A stretch of 49,175 nucleotides of DNA, the filler included, from Jimgerdemannia flammicorona (taxonomy: Eukaryota): the NCBI GenBank assembly GCA_003990765.1. It is 2 parts of 2 records of this genome, joined end to end, with 100 filler letters (N's around TTAATTAATTAA, not from the genome) between each part and the next. Parts side by side here need not be neighbours in the genome. Positions count along the whole stretch, not along the records: positions 24,639 to 49,175 come from RBNJ01000963.1; 1 more part is not named here. One strand, given 5' to 3'. The notes below the pieces were generated by a model. It saw nothing but the letters and a program-made list of their open reading frames with translations, made no database searches and had not been told where the DNA came from. This document shows positions 47,782-49,175 of this stretch, piece after piece. Positions within the stretch are counted from its first letter, which is position 1. Each line of letters begins with the position of its first letter. Both the position numbers and the translations under genes were made by a program.

Positions 47782-49175
47782 GCACACATGTAACTTCTTT
47801 TGCTCAAACCACCTAGAGTGAGCTAAGCCATACAGACATCTTTCAGCAAAAGACAATACTTTTTCAAGTTTTTATTTTGAACATACTGGTGTACATCATG
47901 TGGCAGGAGTCTATCTATAAGGTTCAATAAGTTTCAGTAAAAACTGTCAAGTTTTGATAACATGACTAGTTAAGGTTCCTCTAGCTCTGAGCATCTGGAG
48001 AGGAGGAGACCTGGTCTGGATATTCCCAAGAGCTTTGCAGCTGTTGCAGTAGCTAGTATGGCTGCTGGAGGGGCTGGTGGTCAGGAGAGGTCTGATGGAA
48101 TTGAGTCCTGATATACTATGGTGGGAAGCAGGAGGGCTGCAGCCAGGTCTTTGGAGGTGGGGCAGGAGGGGTGTAGTGTTGACAGAGGGAGGGATCAGGT
48201 GATGGGTCAGGTGATAGGTCAGGTGACTGGTAGGAGATGAGTCTAGTGATGTGATACTGGGGACTGGTTCTTCTGGGCTGGTGGCTGGAGAGAGGACTAC
48301 TGGTGGTACAGCTATAACTGGTGAGGCAATTGCTAGTATTTCTGAGACTAAGAGAAAGGTGACTCTGGTAGCTGAGATAGGTGAGTTAGTGGTGAGGCCC
48401 TTCTTTAAGAAATTGGTGTCAATATAGGTAGTCTTGGTGAACTTCCTGGGATTGGTAATGTCAGCTAGAGAGGTTCTGAGGCTGGTGGGGGAGAAAGTGG
48501 CTGGGGCAGAATCCTTGAAGTTCATCTCTTTGGCAGAGGCTATGGAGATTGGATTTATGGAGGAGGATACAATAGTGAAGGCACTGGAGAAGAGGTTGAC
48601 TGTCAAGAGTGTCTGAATTGAGATGGCAAGGTGTTTGAGGTGGGACCTGTATACTATTTAGCTGGTGGTAGAGGGTTTGCCAACTCTGGATAGATAGGAG
48701 ACCATGGGAGTCAGTGAAGGTGGGCTCTTGCTATTGTCCGGCAGCTAGAGGTGAGAGGATTGCATGGATTAGAGGATTGCTGGAGGAGGGTATTCTCTTG
48801 GAGGAAGGGGTCAATGTTCTCGGTGGGGACTTTAATATGGTTAGGGATCAGCAGCTGGATAGGACTGATGGTGGGCAGGGTACTGGAGGTCGAAGTGGAG
48901 GTCTGGATGCTTGGGAGGAGGTGGAGATGCTGAGCTCCTTGGGGGATATGGGCCGAGAGAGGTGGGGTGACAACAGGGTCTACACGTATTGGGTAAATGG
49001 CCTGGGCATGAGGATTGACTGGATTTTGATGGCAGAGTGCTGGGGGCCGGATGTTTGGAGGGCATTGGAAGTAGAGTAGTGCCCATGGTCTGATCACTGG
49101 GGACTGTTGGGACAGGGGCAGTTTGGGGGGAGTGGAGATGGACCCGGACATTGGCACCTTAACTCCTCCCTGCTG
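47782..49175 (+). mobile_element. L1/Tx1-like non-LTR retrotransposon: decayed ORF1 joined to an APE endonuclease (runs off the window)
   Basis: Seen: KSFAAVA and an RRM-like ORF1 segment (48434-48700); APE motifs SCYCP, VLGGDFN, YTYW...RIDWIL, WSDH, then GPGHWHLNSSLL. Confidence 0.85.

Noticed and set aside
47947..49157. Long minus-strand ORFs 47947..48606 and 48711..49157
   Set aside because: Antisense shadows of the G-rich LINE coding strand.

Overview
Eukaryotic, transposon-dense DNA, most likely from an early-diverging fungus (Mucoromycota-like; inferred from intron signals, TE families and LRR style). The window is two contigs joined by an artificial 100-bp spacer (N44-TTAATTAATTAA-N44, 24539-24638). 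About 80% is nested, C>T-hypermutated, CpG-depleted TEs. These comprise two full-length Ty3/Gypsy elements (14129-22918 minus, 37424-47571 plus), a third partial copy, several Ty1/Copia relics, a hAT element with a perfect 8-bp TSD (4624-10414) and an L1/Tx1-like LINE. The two Gypsy elements are divergent in sequence but share an unusual layout: Gag-PR-(Cys/His motif)-dUTPase-RT-RNaseH, then integrase in a separate reading frame, then an apparently homologous uncharacterised ORF3. In Gypsy-2 integrase and ORF3 overlap at an ATGA stop/start (a second such overlap before integrase is inferred); in Gypsy-1 ORF3 lies inside the LTR. A CpG-retaining island (24639-34390) holds frameshifted remnants of an NLR-like immune cluster (CHAT protease split by an inversion, two NB-ARC/STAND ATPases, Sel1, ankyrin and exon-per-repeat LRRs) and a secreted Gly/Cys-rich gene with Kex2-type sites. 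No intact housekeeping gene, RNA gene or CRISPR array was recognised.
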